Assembly: GCA_044229975.1 (NCBI GenBank)
Contig: JBGARZ010000007.1
Coordinates: 128,001 to 192,000, forward strand
DNA from: Polyangiales bacterium
Lineage (GTDB): Bacteria; Myxococcota_A; Polyangia; Polyangiales; Ga0077539
Direction: 5' to 3'
Length of the DNA: 64,000 bases
The notes below the pieces were generated by a model, which saw only the letters and a list, made by a program, of their open reading frames with translations, did no database searches and was not told where the DNA came from. Both the position numbers and the translations under genes were made by a program. Shown piece by piece: positions 1 to 9,801 of the stretch. Positions within the stretch are counted from its first letter, which is position 1. Every line of letters begins with the position of its first letter.

Positions 1-3
1 GGC

Positions 4-408
4 GTGCGCTGGCGTCAGGTGTACCGCGGCGAGGTCTCGCGGCTGGTGACATCAGGGCGCGCCGTGATGCTGACCATCGGCGACGGGGCGCTGGTGTCCC
101 TCGACGGCGGCGCCACGTGGCGACGCGCGGCGACGCTGCCGGAGGGGCGAGCGCTCGACCCGGCGTTGTCGGTCGACGGCGAGCGTCGGCACGTCGACCC
201 GAGCGCGCGGGTGCGGGTGACGCAGCAGCGCGACGTCATCGAGCTGGTGCGCCGCGAGGGAGGCACGGCCGACCGCGAGCCGCTGGTGCGCGGCCTCCCG
301 CGGGGCTGGGTGATGCTGGGCGCGCACGCAACGGCGGGCATCGTCGACCGGGTGCTGCTCACGGGCGGCGCGGTGCTCCACCGCCGCGGCGAGATGGCGG
401 CGCGGTAG
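4..408 (+). CDS. 3' part of a hypothetical protein with a BNR/Asp-box motif (5'-truncated by the window edge)
   Basis: ORF runs from the window start; SLDGGATW matches the SxDxGxTW Asp-box; stop at 406-408. Confidence 0.55.
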   Translation: MRWRQVYRGEVSRLVTSGRAVMLTIGDGALVSLDGGATWRRAATLPEGRALDPALSVDGERRHVDPSARVRVTQQRDVIELVRREGGTADREPLVRGLPRGWVMLGAHATAGIVDRVLLTGGAVLHRRGEMAAR

Positions 409-440
409 TCCCTCTCCACGGGCGACTTGAAGGGGTGGGT

Positions 441-544
441 AAGCCGCAAGGGCGCCAGGGTCGCAAGGGACGAGCCTTTGGATGGAGGGGCCTTCACCTC
501 GTCTCGGTCCTCTGACCCTTGCGACCCTTGCGCCCTTGCGGCCT
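441..544. repeat. Inverted-repeat (REP/REPIN-like) element, family A
   Basis: aagccgcaagggcgccagggtcgcaaggg (441-469) pairs with cccttgcgacccttgcgcccttgcggcct (516-544), 2 mismatches; lies between convergent genes; same motif at 45922-46099. Confidence 0.85.
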
Positions 545-574
545 TCCCCATCACCCGTGGAACAGTGCCAGCAC

Positions 575-3500
575 CTACGCGTAGGCGTCGCTTCGCCCCA
601 GTCGGCGGAGCTGCTCGTCGTACTCCTGCTCCAGCGCCACGTCGCCCGCGTCGTGCGCAGCGGTCACGGCCCGCTTCCACGCCACCAGCGCGGCGCGTCG
701 CTCGCCCATGAGCTCGGCCAGCTCGGCCGACTCCGCCTCGCAGCGCGCCAGCACCACCCGCAGGCCCATCGTCGACGCGATGGAGCGCGCCTCATCCAGC
801 GCCCACGGATCATCGACCCCCGCCAGCCGTCGCGCGCTCGCGAGCCGCAGCAACAGGTCGGCGTGGTGCCGTCGCTGGGCGTCCGTCGGCGATGCGCGCA
901 GCGCCTCGCGCACCAGCGCCTCGGCGGCCTCCAGCGCTCGCGCCGCGTCGAGGTACGCCCGCTCGATGGACTCCAGCTCCGCCCGCAGCACCAGCAGCTC
1001 GGCCGCCACCGTGCGCGAGCCCACCCGCTCGGCCACCGCCACCGCCGTGTCGACGATGCGCTGACCCTCCGCCCGCCGGCCCCGCGCGAAGAGCGCGCGG
1101 CCCAGCATCCCCTCGATGCGCAGCCGCTCCGGCGACGCCCGCTTGGACACGCCCAGGCCCTCGCGCAGCACGCCCTCGGCCTCGCTCAGCTCGCCCGTCC
1201 GCAGCAGCGCGTCGCCCAGCTTGCGCGCGAAGATCGCGATGGCCTGCTCGGGGTCGTCCACCTCGCCGCGCGTCAGCTCACGCCGCGCGATCTCCAGTCC
1301 CCGGCGCAGCGCGAAGGCGCCCGCGTGGTCGTCGCCGCGGGCCATCGCCCGGTCCCCCACGCGCTCCAGCAACAGCAGGCTCTGGAAGGTCTCCTCGCCC
1401 TGCTGCGCGTGCAGCGCCTGGACCTCCAGCGGCAGGTCGTCACCCTGCGCGTGCCGCGCGCGGTGCATCTCCGAGCGCAGCGGCGCCGGCGTCGTGGCCT
1501 CCACCACCTCGCGCAAGAACGGGTGCGCCCACCGCGCCACCTCGCGACCCGTCGGGCCGTCGAAGGTGATCCATCCGCGTGACTCCAGCTCGGCGCGCAG
1601 CGCGTCGTCCCAGATCACCCCGCTCACCGTGCCCAGCACGTCGGGCGTCGCTTCACCCAGCACCGCGAGCGCCTGCAACGTGCGCCGCGCCGGGGGAGCG
1701 AGCCGCTCGCTGCGCAGCGCGATGACGTCGACCATGGTCTTGGGCGCCTCGCCGCCGCCTTCGAGGTTCCATCGCAGGAGCTGCTCCAGGTGGAGGGGCA
1801 TCACCTCGCCGCGCGGCAGGTCGAGGCTCGTGTCGACCGGCAACCGCGAGCGCACCGACTGGATGATTCCGACCACGGTGCCCGTGTCGAGCCCCTTGAG
1901 GTTGACCACCTCGCCGCGCGCCCACGGCGCATCGAAGCGCGCCCCGTGCGTCATCACCAGGAACACCGGCACCTGCACCGCCCGCGTGTGCAGTCCCGCG
2001 AGCAGCCGCACCGTCGCCGCGTCCATGCGGTGCACCTGCTCGAAGGCCACGAACACCGGGCGACCCCGCACCCGCATCGCGCCCTCGCGCAGCGCGTACA
2101 GCATCGCGCGCACCGCCGCCTCGGAGCGCGCCGGGCCGTCGAGTTCGGGCACCCCGTCGGCCGTGAACACCTCCTGCAATCCCACCCGCACGACCGGGTC
2201 GAGGTCGCCGGCCTCGCGGGCGATCCAGGTCATCGCGTCGGCGTCGGGCGCGATGCCCAGCAGCTCGCGCATGCACCGCCCCGCGGCCGCGTAGGGGACG
2301 CCCGCCCACGCCGCGTCGGGGCCCACGCGCACCACACGCTCACCCGATCGCCGCGCGGCCTCGGCCACGGTGCGCACGAGCCGACTGCGCCCGGAGCCCT
2401 CCTCGCCCATCACCCGGATCGAGACCAGCAGCCCTGACGCCGCGCGAGCGTGCGCGAGCTCGATGAGGCTGAGCTCGGCGTCGCGACCGAGAAAGGGGAG
2501 CTCCCCGAGCACGGGCAGCTCGGGGGGCGGTCGCGCGCTCACCCGCGGCGGCCGCGTCGAGGGGATGTGATCGCGCGTGAACTGCTCGGGCGGCCGCACC
2601 CGCGTGCCGCACTCGCCGCAGAACTTCAGCGCGGGCGGCAGCGCCGCGGAGCACATGTGGCAGTGGGGCTGGTGCTGCGCGAGCAGGGGCAGGGGTTCGG
2701 GGATGGGCGACGGGCGTTCGAGCGAGAGCTGGAGCGCCTCGGCGAACTCCACCGCGCTCTGGTAGCGGTCGGCCGGGTCTTTCTCCATCCCGCGGAGAAT
2801 CACCTCGACCAGCGCGTCGGGCAGGTCGGGCTTGAAGGTGCGCGGGTCGGGCGGCGGATCGCTCACGTGCATGAGCATCACCTGCGCAGGGAGCTCGGCC
2901 TCGAAGGGCAGCCGCCCGGTGAGCGAGTGGTAGAGCACCACCGCCGCCGCGTAGAGGTCGCTGCGACCGTCGACGGCGAGCCCGCGCCCCTGCTCGGGGG
3001 CCATGAAGTCGGGCGTGCCGCACACGTGACCGTCGATGGTGACGCCGGGCGAAGGATCGCTGCGGATCTTCGCGAGACCGAAGTCCACCACCTTCACGAA
3101 GTCGTCGCCGGTGCGGAGCGCCTCGACGAGGATGTTCTCGGGCTTGATGTCGCGGTGGATGATGTCCGCGTCGTGCGCCTCGGAGAGCGCCGCGAGCACC
3201 TGCCGGCCGATCTCCACCGCGCGCGCTGGCGACAGCGGACCGCCCTCGGTGACCATCCGCGCGAGGTCGATGCCCCGCAAGAACTCCATCACCAGGAACA
3301 GCAGCCCGTCTTCGGTGCGACCGAAGTCCAGCACGCTCACCGAGTTGGGGTGGTTGAGCCGCGACGACGCCCGCGCCTCGGCGTAGAAGCGCGCAACCGA
3401 GGCTTCATCCCCCGCGAGGTGCGGATGGATCACCTTCACCGCGAGCGTCTTGCCGAGGGCTGCCTGTTCGGCGCGATAGACGCGCCCCATGCCGCCCGCG

Positions 3501-3655
3501 CCGACGGCTTCGAGGATGATGTACCCGGCGCCGAGCTTGCGGCCGATGAGCGGGTCGCCGGAGCCGTTGCGCAGCGCCCCGATGGGAAACCCGCACGCCG
3601 CGCAGTACCGCGCGTCATCGTTGCAGCGGACCCCACACTGCTGACACGTCACCAC
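575..3655 (-). CDS. Ser/Thr protein kinase with zinc ribbons, AAA/STAND-like ATPase and helical TPR-like C-terminus
   Basis: GAGGMGRVY, AVKVI, HRDIKPEN, DFGLAK, GTPDFMAPE; double CxxC ribbons at the N-terminus and after the kinase; FLGRDAEL...GEEGSGRS P-loop-like segment. Confidence 0.9.
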   Translation of the reverse strand: MVTCQQCGVRCNDDARYCAACGFPIGALRNGSGDPLIGRKLGAGYIILEAVGAGGMGRVYRAEQAALGKTLAVKVIHPHLAGDEASVARFYAEARASSRLNHPNSVSVLDFGRTEDGLLFLVMEFLRGIDLARMVTEGGPLSPARAVEIGRQVLAALSEAHDADIIHRDIKPENILVEALRTGDDFVKVVDFGLAKIRSDPSPGVTIDGHVCGTPDFMAPEQGRGLAVDGRSDLYAAAVVLYHSLTGRLPFEAELPAQVMLMHVSDPPPDPRTFKPDLPDALVEVILRGMEKDPADRYQSAVEFAEALQLSLERPSPIPEPLPLLAQHQPHCHMCSAALPPALKFCGECGTRVRPPEQFTRDHIPSTRPPRVSARPPPELPVLGELPFLGRDAELSLIELAHARAASGLLVSIRVMGEEGSGRSRLVRTVAEAARRSGERVVRVGPDAAWAGVPYAAAGRCMRELLGIAPDADAMTWIAREAGDLDPVVRVGLQEVFTADGVPELDGPARSEAAVRAMLYALREGAMRVRGRPVFVAFEQVHRMDAATVRLLAGLHTRAVQVPVFLVMTHGARFDAPWARGEVVNLKGLDTGTVVGIIQSVRSRLPVDTSLDLPRGEVMPLHLEQLLRWNLEGGGEAPKTMVDVIALRSERLAPPARRTLQALAVLGEATPDVLGTVSGVIWDDALRAELESRGWITFDGPTGREVARWAHPFLREVVEATTPAPLRSEMHRARHAQGDDLPLEVQALHAQQGEETFQSLLLLERVGDRAMARGDDHAGAFALRRGLEIARRELTRGEVDDPEQAIAIFARKLGDALLRTGELSEAEGVLREGLGVSKRASPERLRIEGMLGRALFARGRRAEGQRIVDTAVAVAERVGSRTVAAELLVLRAELESIERAYLDAARALEAAEALVREALRASPTDAQRRHHADLLLRLASARRLAGVDDPWALDEARSIASTMGLRVVLARCEAESAELAELMGERRAALVAWKRAVTAAHDAGDVALEQEYDEQLRRLGRSDAYA

Positions 3656-3757
3656 GGCGCTCGCAGCCTACCAGCGCCGCGCACGCATCGGAAGCAGTTC
3701 GCGCCCACTACCCCTCCGCCGCCGCGAGGGACTACTCTCCCCGACCGAGAGCACCCG

Positions 3758-4471
3758 GTGGACCTCCGCGCCGCGCCACGCATCATCACACCCGTGCTCG
3801 GCGCCGCCTGCTGGACCCAGCTCGCCCTGGCCCCGCTGCTCGCCCGCCGCCCCAACGCGGGCGGGGTCGCCGCCGCCGTCCTCGCGCTCGCCGCTCTCGC
3901 CTTCGGTCTGCGCACGTCCGAGGCGCAGCCCCCGCGCGCACTGCTCGCCTACGCGGGCGCCTTCCCGCTGCTGCTAGGCGTCGGGGCAGTGCTCGCCGCG
4001 GGAGCGTCGCCCGCCCGCTACGACGCGCCGGGGCAGTTGGTGGTGGCGGTGACGGTGGTGGCGTTCTTGTCGGCGGTGGCGTGGTCGTGGTCGGCCCGGC
4101 GCGAGCGGGTGCCCGCCATGGTCATCGCGAGCACCGTCCCCGCGGCGACCACCCCCGCGCCGCCGCTGCGCCTCGTCGGCGTGGTCGCGCTGGTCACCGT
4201 GGCCGCCCTCCTCGCCGTGGTCGCCCCGCTCGGGGTCTCGCGCGCCGCGGCCTTCCATGGCGCTCGCGCGGGCGCTGGGCTCCTGCGCGGTCGCCTCGCC
4301 CTCGTCACCGCCGGGGGCCTCACCCTCGCCATCGTCTGGACCTTCCTCGCCGGCGGCGCCCTCCTGCGCCGCGGCCCCGTCGTCCCACGCTCCGGGGCGC
4401 GGGCGTGGTTCTATCTGTGCGCGGCGACGGTAGCGTTCGCCATGCGATACTGGCTCGACCACTCACGCTGA
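3758..4471 (+). CDS. Multi-pass membrane protein, unknown function
   Basis: About 7 hydrophobic segments in the distal part of ORF 2450..4471; GTG start inferred at 3758. Confidence 0.7.
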   Translation: MDLRAAPRIITPVLGAACWTQLALAPLLARRPNAGGVAAAVLALAALAFGLRTSEAQPPRALLAYAGAFPLLLGVGAVLAAGASPARYDAPGQLVVAVTVVAFLSAVAWSWSARRERVPAMVIASTVPAATTPAPPLRLVGVVALVTVAALLAVVAPLGVSRAAAFHGARAGAGLLRGRLALVTAGGLTLAIVWTFLAGGALLRRGPVVPRSGARAWFYLCAATVAFAMRYWLDHSR

Positions 4472-4479
4472 GGGTTCTT

Positions 4480-4686
4480 CTGAAGCCGTCCCCCGTCACG
4501 ATCGCGTTTCGATGGTGCGTCCGCGCAGTGGGCCTCGCGCTCATGGTGTGCGCCCTCGTCCCGTACTGGCAGTCGCTGCGCGCGCTCGACCAGCGCGACT
4601 ACGTCTCGGCGCTGCTCGCGGGCTTCGTCGGGTGGTTCATCTCCCACGCGGGCCTGGAGCTGGTTCGCCCCGAGAGCGCCGAGTGA
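4480..4686 (+). CDS. Small two-TM membrane protein
   Basis: LKPSPVTIAFRWCVRAVGLALM...ELVRPESAE; stop overlaps the next start (GTGA); start uncertain. Confidence 0.6.
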   Translation: MKPSPVTIAFRWCVRAVGLALMVCALVPYWQSLRALDQRDYVSALLAGFVGWFISHAGLELVRPESAE

Positions 4687-5612
4687 CCGCGCGCCGCCTC
4701 GCCCTCTCCGTCGTCCTCGCCCTCGGCTGCGGTCGCGGTCGCGCCCCGCCCGTCCCGCGGGTCGACCTCACGCCCACGCGCGGCGCCGTCGTCGCGCGCG
4801 TCGGCGATCTCAGCCTCACCGACCTCGACGTGGCCGCCGTCGCCCGCGAGCGATCGCTCAGCGCCCGCGCCGCCCTCGACGTGCTCGTCCGCGACGCGCT
4901 GCTCGCCCACGAGGCGCGCCGCTCGGGTCTCGCGGGGCCCGTCGAGCTCGCCGACGACGCGTGGCGCGCGCGGGTGCAACGGCTCCTCGCCCGCGACGTC
5001 GAGGCCCGCTTCTCCGAGAGCACCGTGCCCGCCGCGGTGGTCGAGCAGGCCTTCGAGGGGCGCCGCGCCGCGCTCGCGCACCGCGGACTGCGCCGGTGCA
5101 TCCACGCCGTCTTCGTCGTGAACGCCGACGCGGGACTCACCTCCAACGAGGCCGCCCTCGCGCGGATGTTCGCCTTCCGCGAGGAGCTCTCTCGCGCCAC
5201 CAACGGACACCCGACGGCCGAGCAGTTTCGCGCGGCTGCGACAGCCCTCCAGCTCGGCGAACGCCTGCGGGTGGAAGACCTCGAACCCTTCGACCGCGCG
5301 GGTCGCACGCCCAGCGGCGCCGCGTACGTCGACGCCTTCGCCGAGGCGGGGTGGGCGCTCAGCGCCGCGGAGCCGCTGTCGGAGCCCTTCACGACGTCCT
5401 TCGGGGTGCACGTGGCGCTGTTGTTGGAGGAGGTTCCGCCGATGACGCGCACCGACGAGGAGGCGCGGGTGATGGTGCGGGCCGAGGTGATCCAGCGGGC
5501 GCGGGTGGAGGCGGCGCGCAACCTCCTCACGGGGCTGCGCCAGCGGCAGCGGGTGCAGGTGAGCGAGAGCGCGCTCGCGCAGGTGGAGCGCATGGCCCGG
5601 CGCGGGCCGTAG
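4683..5612 (+). CDS. PpiC/parvulin-type peptidyl-prolyl isomerase-like lipoprotein
   Basis: Lipobox LALGC; VVARVG SurA-like N-region; FAEAGWALS...LSEPFTTSFGVHV rotamase-like motif. Confidence 0.7.
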   Translation: MTARRLALSVVLALGCGRGRAPPVPRVDLTPTRGAVVARVGDLSLTDLDVAAVARERSLSARAALDVLVRDALLAHEARRSGLAGPVELADDAWRARVQRLLARDVEARFSESTVPAAVVEQAFEGRRAALAHRGLRRCIHAVFVVNADAGLTSNEAALARMFAFREELSRATNGHPTAEQFRAAATALQLGERLRVEDLEPFDRAGRTPSGAAYVDAFAEAGWALSAAEPLSEPFTTSFGVHVALLLEEVPPMTRTDEEARVMVRAEVIQRARVEAARNLLTGLRQRQRVQVSESALAQVERMARRGP

Positions 5613-5614
5613 GG

Positions 5615-6241
5615 GTGACGCTCCGACCGCCGCCCGTCCGCCCGCGCGACCTCGACCGGACGAGCTTCACCACCCCCCTCGAACGCCTCGTCGACTCCCT
5701 CCCCGAGGCCCGCTGCGTGACCTTCATCGACGACGAGGGCGAGGCCGTCGATCTGGCCACGCGGGTGGACGTCTTCGAGGCGCGCGTCGCGGGCGCGGTG
5801 CTCTCGCTGCCGCTCCACGTCACCCGTCGCTTCGCGCGCAAGCACGGCCTCGGCCCCGTTGAGGCGATCTGGATCATCGGCGAGACCCGCTCGGCCCTCA
5901 CCCGCCGGGTGGCCGAGGGGCTCGACCTGGTGCTGGTGCTCGACGGCGCCATGGTGCGCGATCGCGCCGTGGTCGCCCTCGACGTGGGCGCCGACGTCGT
6001 CGCCGAGGCCGCGGGTATCGGGGACGATCCCGCCGTGGGCTTCGTCGTCGACGCGCGCAAGACGCTGTCGGGCAAGCTGCGGCCCCTCGCCGTCATCGAG
6101 CAGGGCGTGCGCCGCGAGGTGAGCGAGGTGCTCGGCGCGCTCGAGGAGGGAACCGTCACCCACGTGCTCGTGCGCATCGATGGCGCCGGCGAGACGCTGC
6201 TGCGCTACGACCAGGAGACTGGCCGCTGGCGCAGGGGATGA
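5615..6241 (+). CDS. Roadblock/LC7 (MglB-like) domain protein with C-terminal extension
   Basis: FTTPLERLVDSLPEARCVTFIDDEGEAVD resembles a roadblock N-terminus; co-directional with the upstream operon. Confidence 0.55.
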   Translation: MTLRPPPVRPRDLDRTSFTTPLERLVDSLPEARCVTFIDDEGEAVDLATRVDVFEARVAGAVLSLPLHVTRRFARKHGLGPVEAIWIIGETRSALTRRVAEGLDLVLVLDGAMVRDRAVVALDVGADVVAEAAGIGDDPAVGFVVDARKTLSGKLRPLAVIEQGVRREVSEVLGALEEGTVTHVLVRIDGAGETLLRYDQETGRWRRG

Positions 6242-6247
6242 GCGCGC
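6095..6247 (+). repeat. Direct repeat copy 1 (3' end of the roadblock-like gene)
   Basis: First 50 nt identical to 12270-12319; the remainder is similar through the stop codon. Confidence 0.9.
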
Positions 6248-6516
6248 CTATCGGCCGCGTCGGTGGGGTGCGTTGGCGCGGAGGCGGGCGAGCTCGGCGC
6301 GACGTCGTCGACGACGTACGGGTCGGGCGCGGGGCAGCGCAGCGGCTGACCCTTCGCGAAGTACCGTAACTGGTCGCCCGAGACGCGCGTGCCGCGCTCC
6401 TGCGTCGTGATGAGCGGCACGAGCACCTGCGCGATCTTGAACTGCATCTCGTGCTCCCCCATGTCGTCCGTCGCCGGGTCGATCACCGGCGCAGACAGAT
6501 GCTTCGCGGCATCCAT
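6205..6516 (-). pseudogene. Truncated Uma2 (DUF820) family endonuclease
   Basis: DDMGEHEMQFKIAQVLVPLI...VSGDQLRYFAKGQPLRCPAPDPYVV resembles the Uma2 N-half up to the PD motif; the EV/ExK half is missing. Confidence 0.6.
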
Positions 6517-6698
6517 GACGTCGGTTCAATCGCGGGCCGGAAGTCTCGTAGGCGGAGGGAGCTGGACCGAACGTTTCCGTGCGCTCACCCTCGCGCACCT
6601 GCGGAGACGTGGGCACGGAGGTGGAGCCTGCGACTCCGAGATCATCGCGTCCGATGTTGCCGCATCGAAGCTCCCCTCTTCGCCCGACGACCGCCGCC

Positions 6699-7097
6699 AT
6701 GGGCGCGGGCTGCGGCCACGACCGGCTCGTGGCGTTTTCGTGCGAGCGCCGCGGGGCGTGTTCGAGCTGCGGGGGACGGCGCATGAGCCAGACCCCGGTC
6801 GGGGGAGAGGGCATCGCGCGGCTGCTCTCGGCCGCGACGAGCTCACGACTCCAATGGATCATGGCCGACGACTGCGCGGTGGACGACGCCGGGGCCGCGG
6901 CGCTCGCCCTCGCCACGCCGCCGTCGAAGTTCGTACGGCTCGACCTCGATCGCAACAAGGTCACCGACGCCGGCCTGAAGGCGCTCGCGGCGAGCACCAC
7001 GCTGCCGGTCGGGGTGCGCATCGCGCTCCGGTACAACGCGACCACGCTTGCGCCCGCGCAGGTGCGGAAGCTCACGAAGCGGCGCTTCGACCTGTAG
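6699..7097 (+). pseudogene. Chimeric remnant: IS91-family transposase zinc-binding fragment fused to an RNI-like LRR fragment
   Basis: CGHDRLVAFSCERRGACSSCGGRRMSQT matches the IS91/ISCR zinc-binding motif; followed by VDDAGAAALA...LDLDRNKVTDAGLKALA LRR. Confidence 0.7.
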
Positions 7098-7393
7098 TCG
7101 ATCCGTCGTCGTTGTCGATCGTCCGACGCCCGTCGTCGACGTCCCGCCCGTCCCGGGCCACGTGCCCGTCAGGACCGCGTGCGGCCCCGCCCACGACGGC
7201 CGCGCCTGCGACGTCCCCGGCGCCGGCTGCGGCACCGATCACCGCTGGCGCTGCAAGTCCTCCCCGGGGAGGGGCCTGCGACGGCGGCGGGGTCGTCGCG
7301 ACGGACGTCGGCCTCCGCCCGCCTTCGTTCATGGAGCGGGTGCAGGAATCCCCCGGTGCCCGCGGTGGCACCACCGACCCGACGCGCGCACCC

Positions 7394-8266
7394 TTACCCG
7401 CCGACCCCCAGGGCCTCGGCGACATGCTCGCTGGCGTGGTCGAGGAACTGTCGAACGAGCGGCGGCATCGACCGCCCTTCGACGACCACGGCCCGCAGGG
7501 GCCTTCTGGGCAGCGGGTGCTCGGGCAGCGCCTCGATCAGCAGCCCCCGCGCGAGGCCGCGCGCGGCGAGAAAGGGCGGGAGCTCGGTGACGACATCGCC
7601 GGCCTCGGCGAGTTGCAGGAGGTGCGCGTAGTCGTTGGTGATCATCACGGGGTCGAGGGGCACCTCGGCGTCGCCGAGACGCCAGACCGGCGCCCCCGCG
7701 CTGCGCCAGCACGCGCATGGAACGCCGGCCAGGTCTCCCGGCGCTCGCAGTGGGTGGGCCGCGAGCAGGGTGGGTGACGCGACGAGCCGATGTCGATAGC
7801 GCGCCAGCATGCGCCCGATGTAGCCGGCGTTTCCCTCTTCGCCGACCCGGAGGGCCAGGTCGATTCCGTCGGCCACGAGGTCGACGCGGCGGTCGGTGAC
7901 GAAGACCTCGAAGCTCACCGCGGGATACCGACGGCCGAAGGATCGGAAGACAGGCCACAGCGCCTCCAGGTGCGGCGGCATCGAGACCCGCAGTCGCCCC
8001 GCGACCCCCGAGGCGTCATGGAGCCGTTGCTCCGCCTGCGCGAGCGACGCCAGCGCGGGCCGCGCGTCGGCGACGAGCCGATCGCCCGCGGGCGTGAGCG
8101 CGAGACCCCGGGGCCCCCGCTCGAGCAGGCGCATGCCCAGCTCCGCTTCGAGCTGGCGCAACTGGCGGCTGAAGGTCGGCAAGGGGATCCCGCTCCGGCG
8201 CGCCGCCTCGGAGATGCTGCCCGCCTCCGCCGCCTGAACGAAGAGTCTCAGCGCGTTGAGGTCCAT
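7394..8266 (-). CDS. LysR-family transcriptional regulator
   Basis: MDLNALRLFVQAAEAGSISEAARR...LRQLEAELGMRLLER HTH; RRVDLVADGIDLALRVG; divergent from the adjacent operon. Confidence 0.95.
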   Translation of the reverse strand: MDLNALRLFVQAAEAGSISEAARRSGIPLPTFSRQLRQLEAELGMRLLERGPRGLALTPAGDRLVADARPALASLAQAEQRLHDASGVAGRLRVSMPPHLEALWPVFRSFGRRYPAVSFEVFVTDRRVDLVADGIDLALRVGEEGNAGYIGRMLARYRHRLVASPTLLAAHPLRAPGDLAGVPCACWRSAGAPVWRLGDAEVPLDPVMITNDYAHLLQLAEAGDVVTELPPFLAARGLARGLLIEALPEHPLPRRPLRAVVVEGRSMPPLVRQFLDHASEHVAEALGVGG

Positions 8267-8412
8267 TCCCCCGGGCTCACTCCCTGCTCTCATAGATGAG
8301 AGGCCGACTCTCGATACCGACTCTACCCGGTCGTTTTCGAGAGGTCCACGCTCCTTGTCACAACGCGCCGAGCGGCGCCCTCCACCAACCTCCACGAAGC
8401 GGAGAAGACGCG

Positions 8413-8787
8413 ATGAACGAGCAGATCCAGACCCTCATGCAGACCTATCAGCGCAGCTTGAACGAGGCCAACCTGGACCTCGTCCGGAGCGTCTACGCCG
8501 AGGATGCGGTCTTCATCGGGCAGCCCTTTCCCACGGCGACGGGTCGAGAGGCCATCGTGGCGCTCTATGCCGACTTTCTCTCGAAGCTCGATTTCAACGT
8601 CCGCTTCGAGATCGTCGAGGTCGAGCTGGGCGAGGCGCTCGGCTTCGTTCGTACCCGCTCGAGCGGTACGATCGTGCCGAAGGGACAGGCGCCCGGGGGG
8701 ACCGAAGGGAACCGCGAGGTCTTCGTGGTCAAGCGGATCGAAGGCGCGTGGAAGTTCTATCGGTATATCTTCAATCAGGAGCTGTGA
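8413..8787 (+). CDS. SnoaL/NTF2-like (YybH-type) protein
   Basis: YAEDAVF...ATGREAI...NREVFVVKR..GAWKFYRYIFN; RBS ggaga upstream. Confidence 0.85.
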   Translation: MNEQIQTLMQTYQRSLNEANLDLVRSVYAEDAVFIGQPFPTATGREAIVALYADFLSKLDFNVRFEIVEVELGEALGFVRTRSSGTIVPKGQAPGGTEGNREVFVVKRIEGAWKFYRYIFNQEL

Positions 8788-8829
8788 GCGGCCGTGGCGC
8801 CCACCACCCCCACGACGAGGCGAGAGACC

Positions 8830-9801
8830 ATGAAGGCCTGGAGACTCCACCAGCCCGGCGGCCCCGAAGCCTTCATCCTTGAAGAGATCCCGCGGCCCGA
8901 ACCCTCGGAGGGAGAGGTGCTCATCGAGGTCCGCGCCTTCGGGCTGAACCGCTCCGAGTGGTTCACGCGCATCGGCGAGTCGCCCACCGTGAAGCTGCCG
9001 CGCGTTCTGGGCATCGAGTGCGTCGGTACGGTGGTCCGCGACCCGAGCAGCGCGCTCGCCGTCGGGCAGCGCGTCGCGGCGATGATGGGCGGCATGGGCA
9101 GAGCGTTCGACGGCTCCTACGCCGAGTACACCTGCGTCCCTGCTGCGTGCGTGTTTCCCCTCGAGACGGAGCTGCCCTGGGCGCACCTCGGCGCGCTGCC
9201 CGAGATGCTCCAGACGGTGCACGGCTCGCTCCACGCCGGCCTCGACGTGCAGCCCGGCGAGACCCTGCTCATTCGCGGCGGCACGTCGTCGATCGGGCTC
9301 ACGGCCCTCGCGATGGCCCGGCAGGCGGGCCTGAAGGTCATCTCGACCTCGCGCAGCCCCGCGAAGGTCGGAATGCTCAAGGCCGCCGGGGCCGACGAGG
9401 TGGTGATCGACGAGGGCGCCGTCGCGGAGCAGGTGCGCGCGCTGCGCCCCGACGGGGTCGACCGCGTGCTCGAGCTCATCGGCACGACCACCCTGCTCGA
9501 CTCGTTGCAGTGCGCGCGCGCCGGCGGCGTCGTGTGCATGACCGGCATTCTCGGCGGACGGTGGGAGCTGCCGGCGTTTCGACCGATGGGTCACATCCCT
9601 ACGGCGGTGCGCCTGACCTCGTACTCGGGCGGAGCCGGTGACATCTCCCGCGAGCGGCTTCAACGCTACGTCTCCATGGTGGAGCGCGGGCAGCTCGAGA
9701 TCAGCCGCGGTCCGACCTGGAACTTCGAGCAGCTCCAGGCGGCGCATCAGGCGATGGACGACAATCGCGCGAACGGCAAGATGGTCGTGGTGCTCCGCTG
9801 A
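8830..9801 (+). CDS. MDR-superfamily quinone oxidoreductase / zinc-binding dehydrogenase family protein
   Basis: EVLIEVRAFGLNRSE, LGIECVG, DGSYAEY, IRGGTSSIG, NRANGKMVV. Confidence 0.93.
   Translation: MKAWRLHQPGGPEAFILEEIPRPEPSEGEVLIEVRAFGLNRSEWFTRIGESPTVKLPRVLGIECVGTVVRDPSSALAVGQRVAAMMGGMGRAFDGSYAEYTCVPAACVFPLETELPWAHLGALPEMLQTVHGSLHAGLDVQPGETLLIRGGTSSIGLTALAMARQAGLKVISTSRSPAKVGMLKAAGADEVVIDEGAVAEQVRALRPDGVDRVLELIGTTTLLDSLQCARAGGVVCMTGILGGRWELPAFRPMGHIPTAVRLTSYSGGAGDISRERLQRYVSMVERGQLEISRGPTWNFEQLQAAHQAMDDNRANGKMVVVLR

Noticed and set aside
7100..7390. Cys-containing frame ACGPAHDGRACDVPGAGCGTDHRWRC
   Set aside because: No start or RBS and too short; probably another scrap but not assignable
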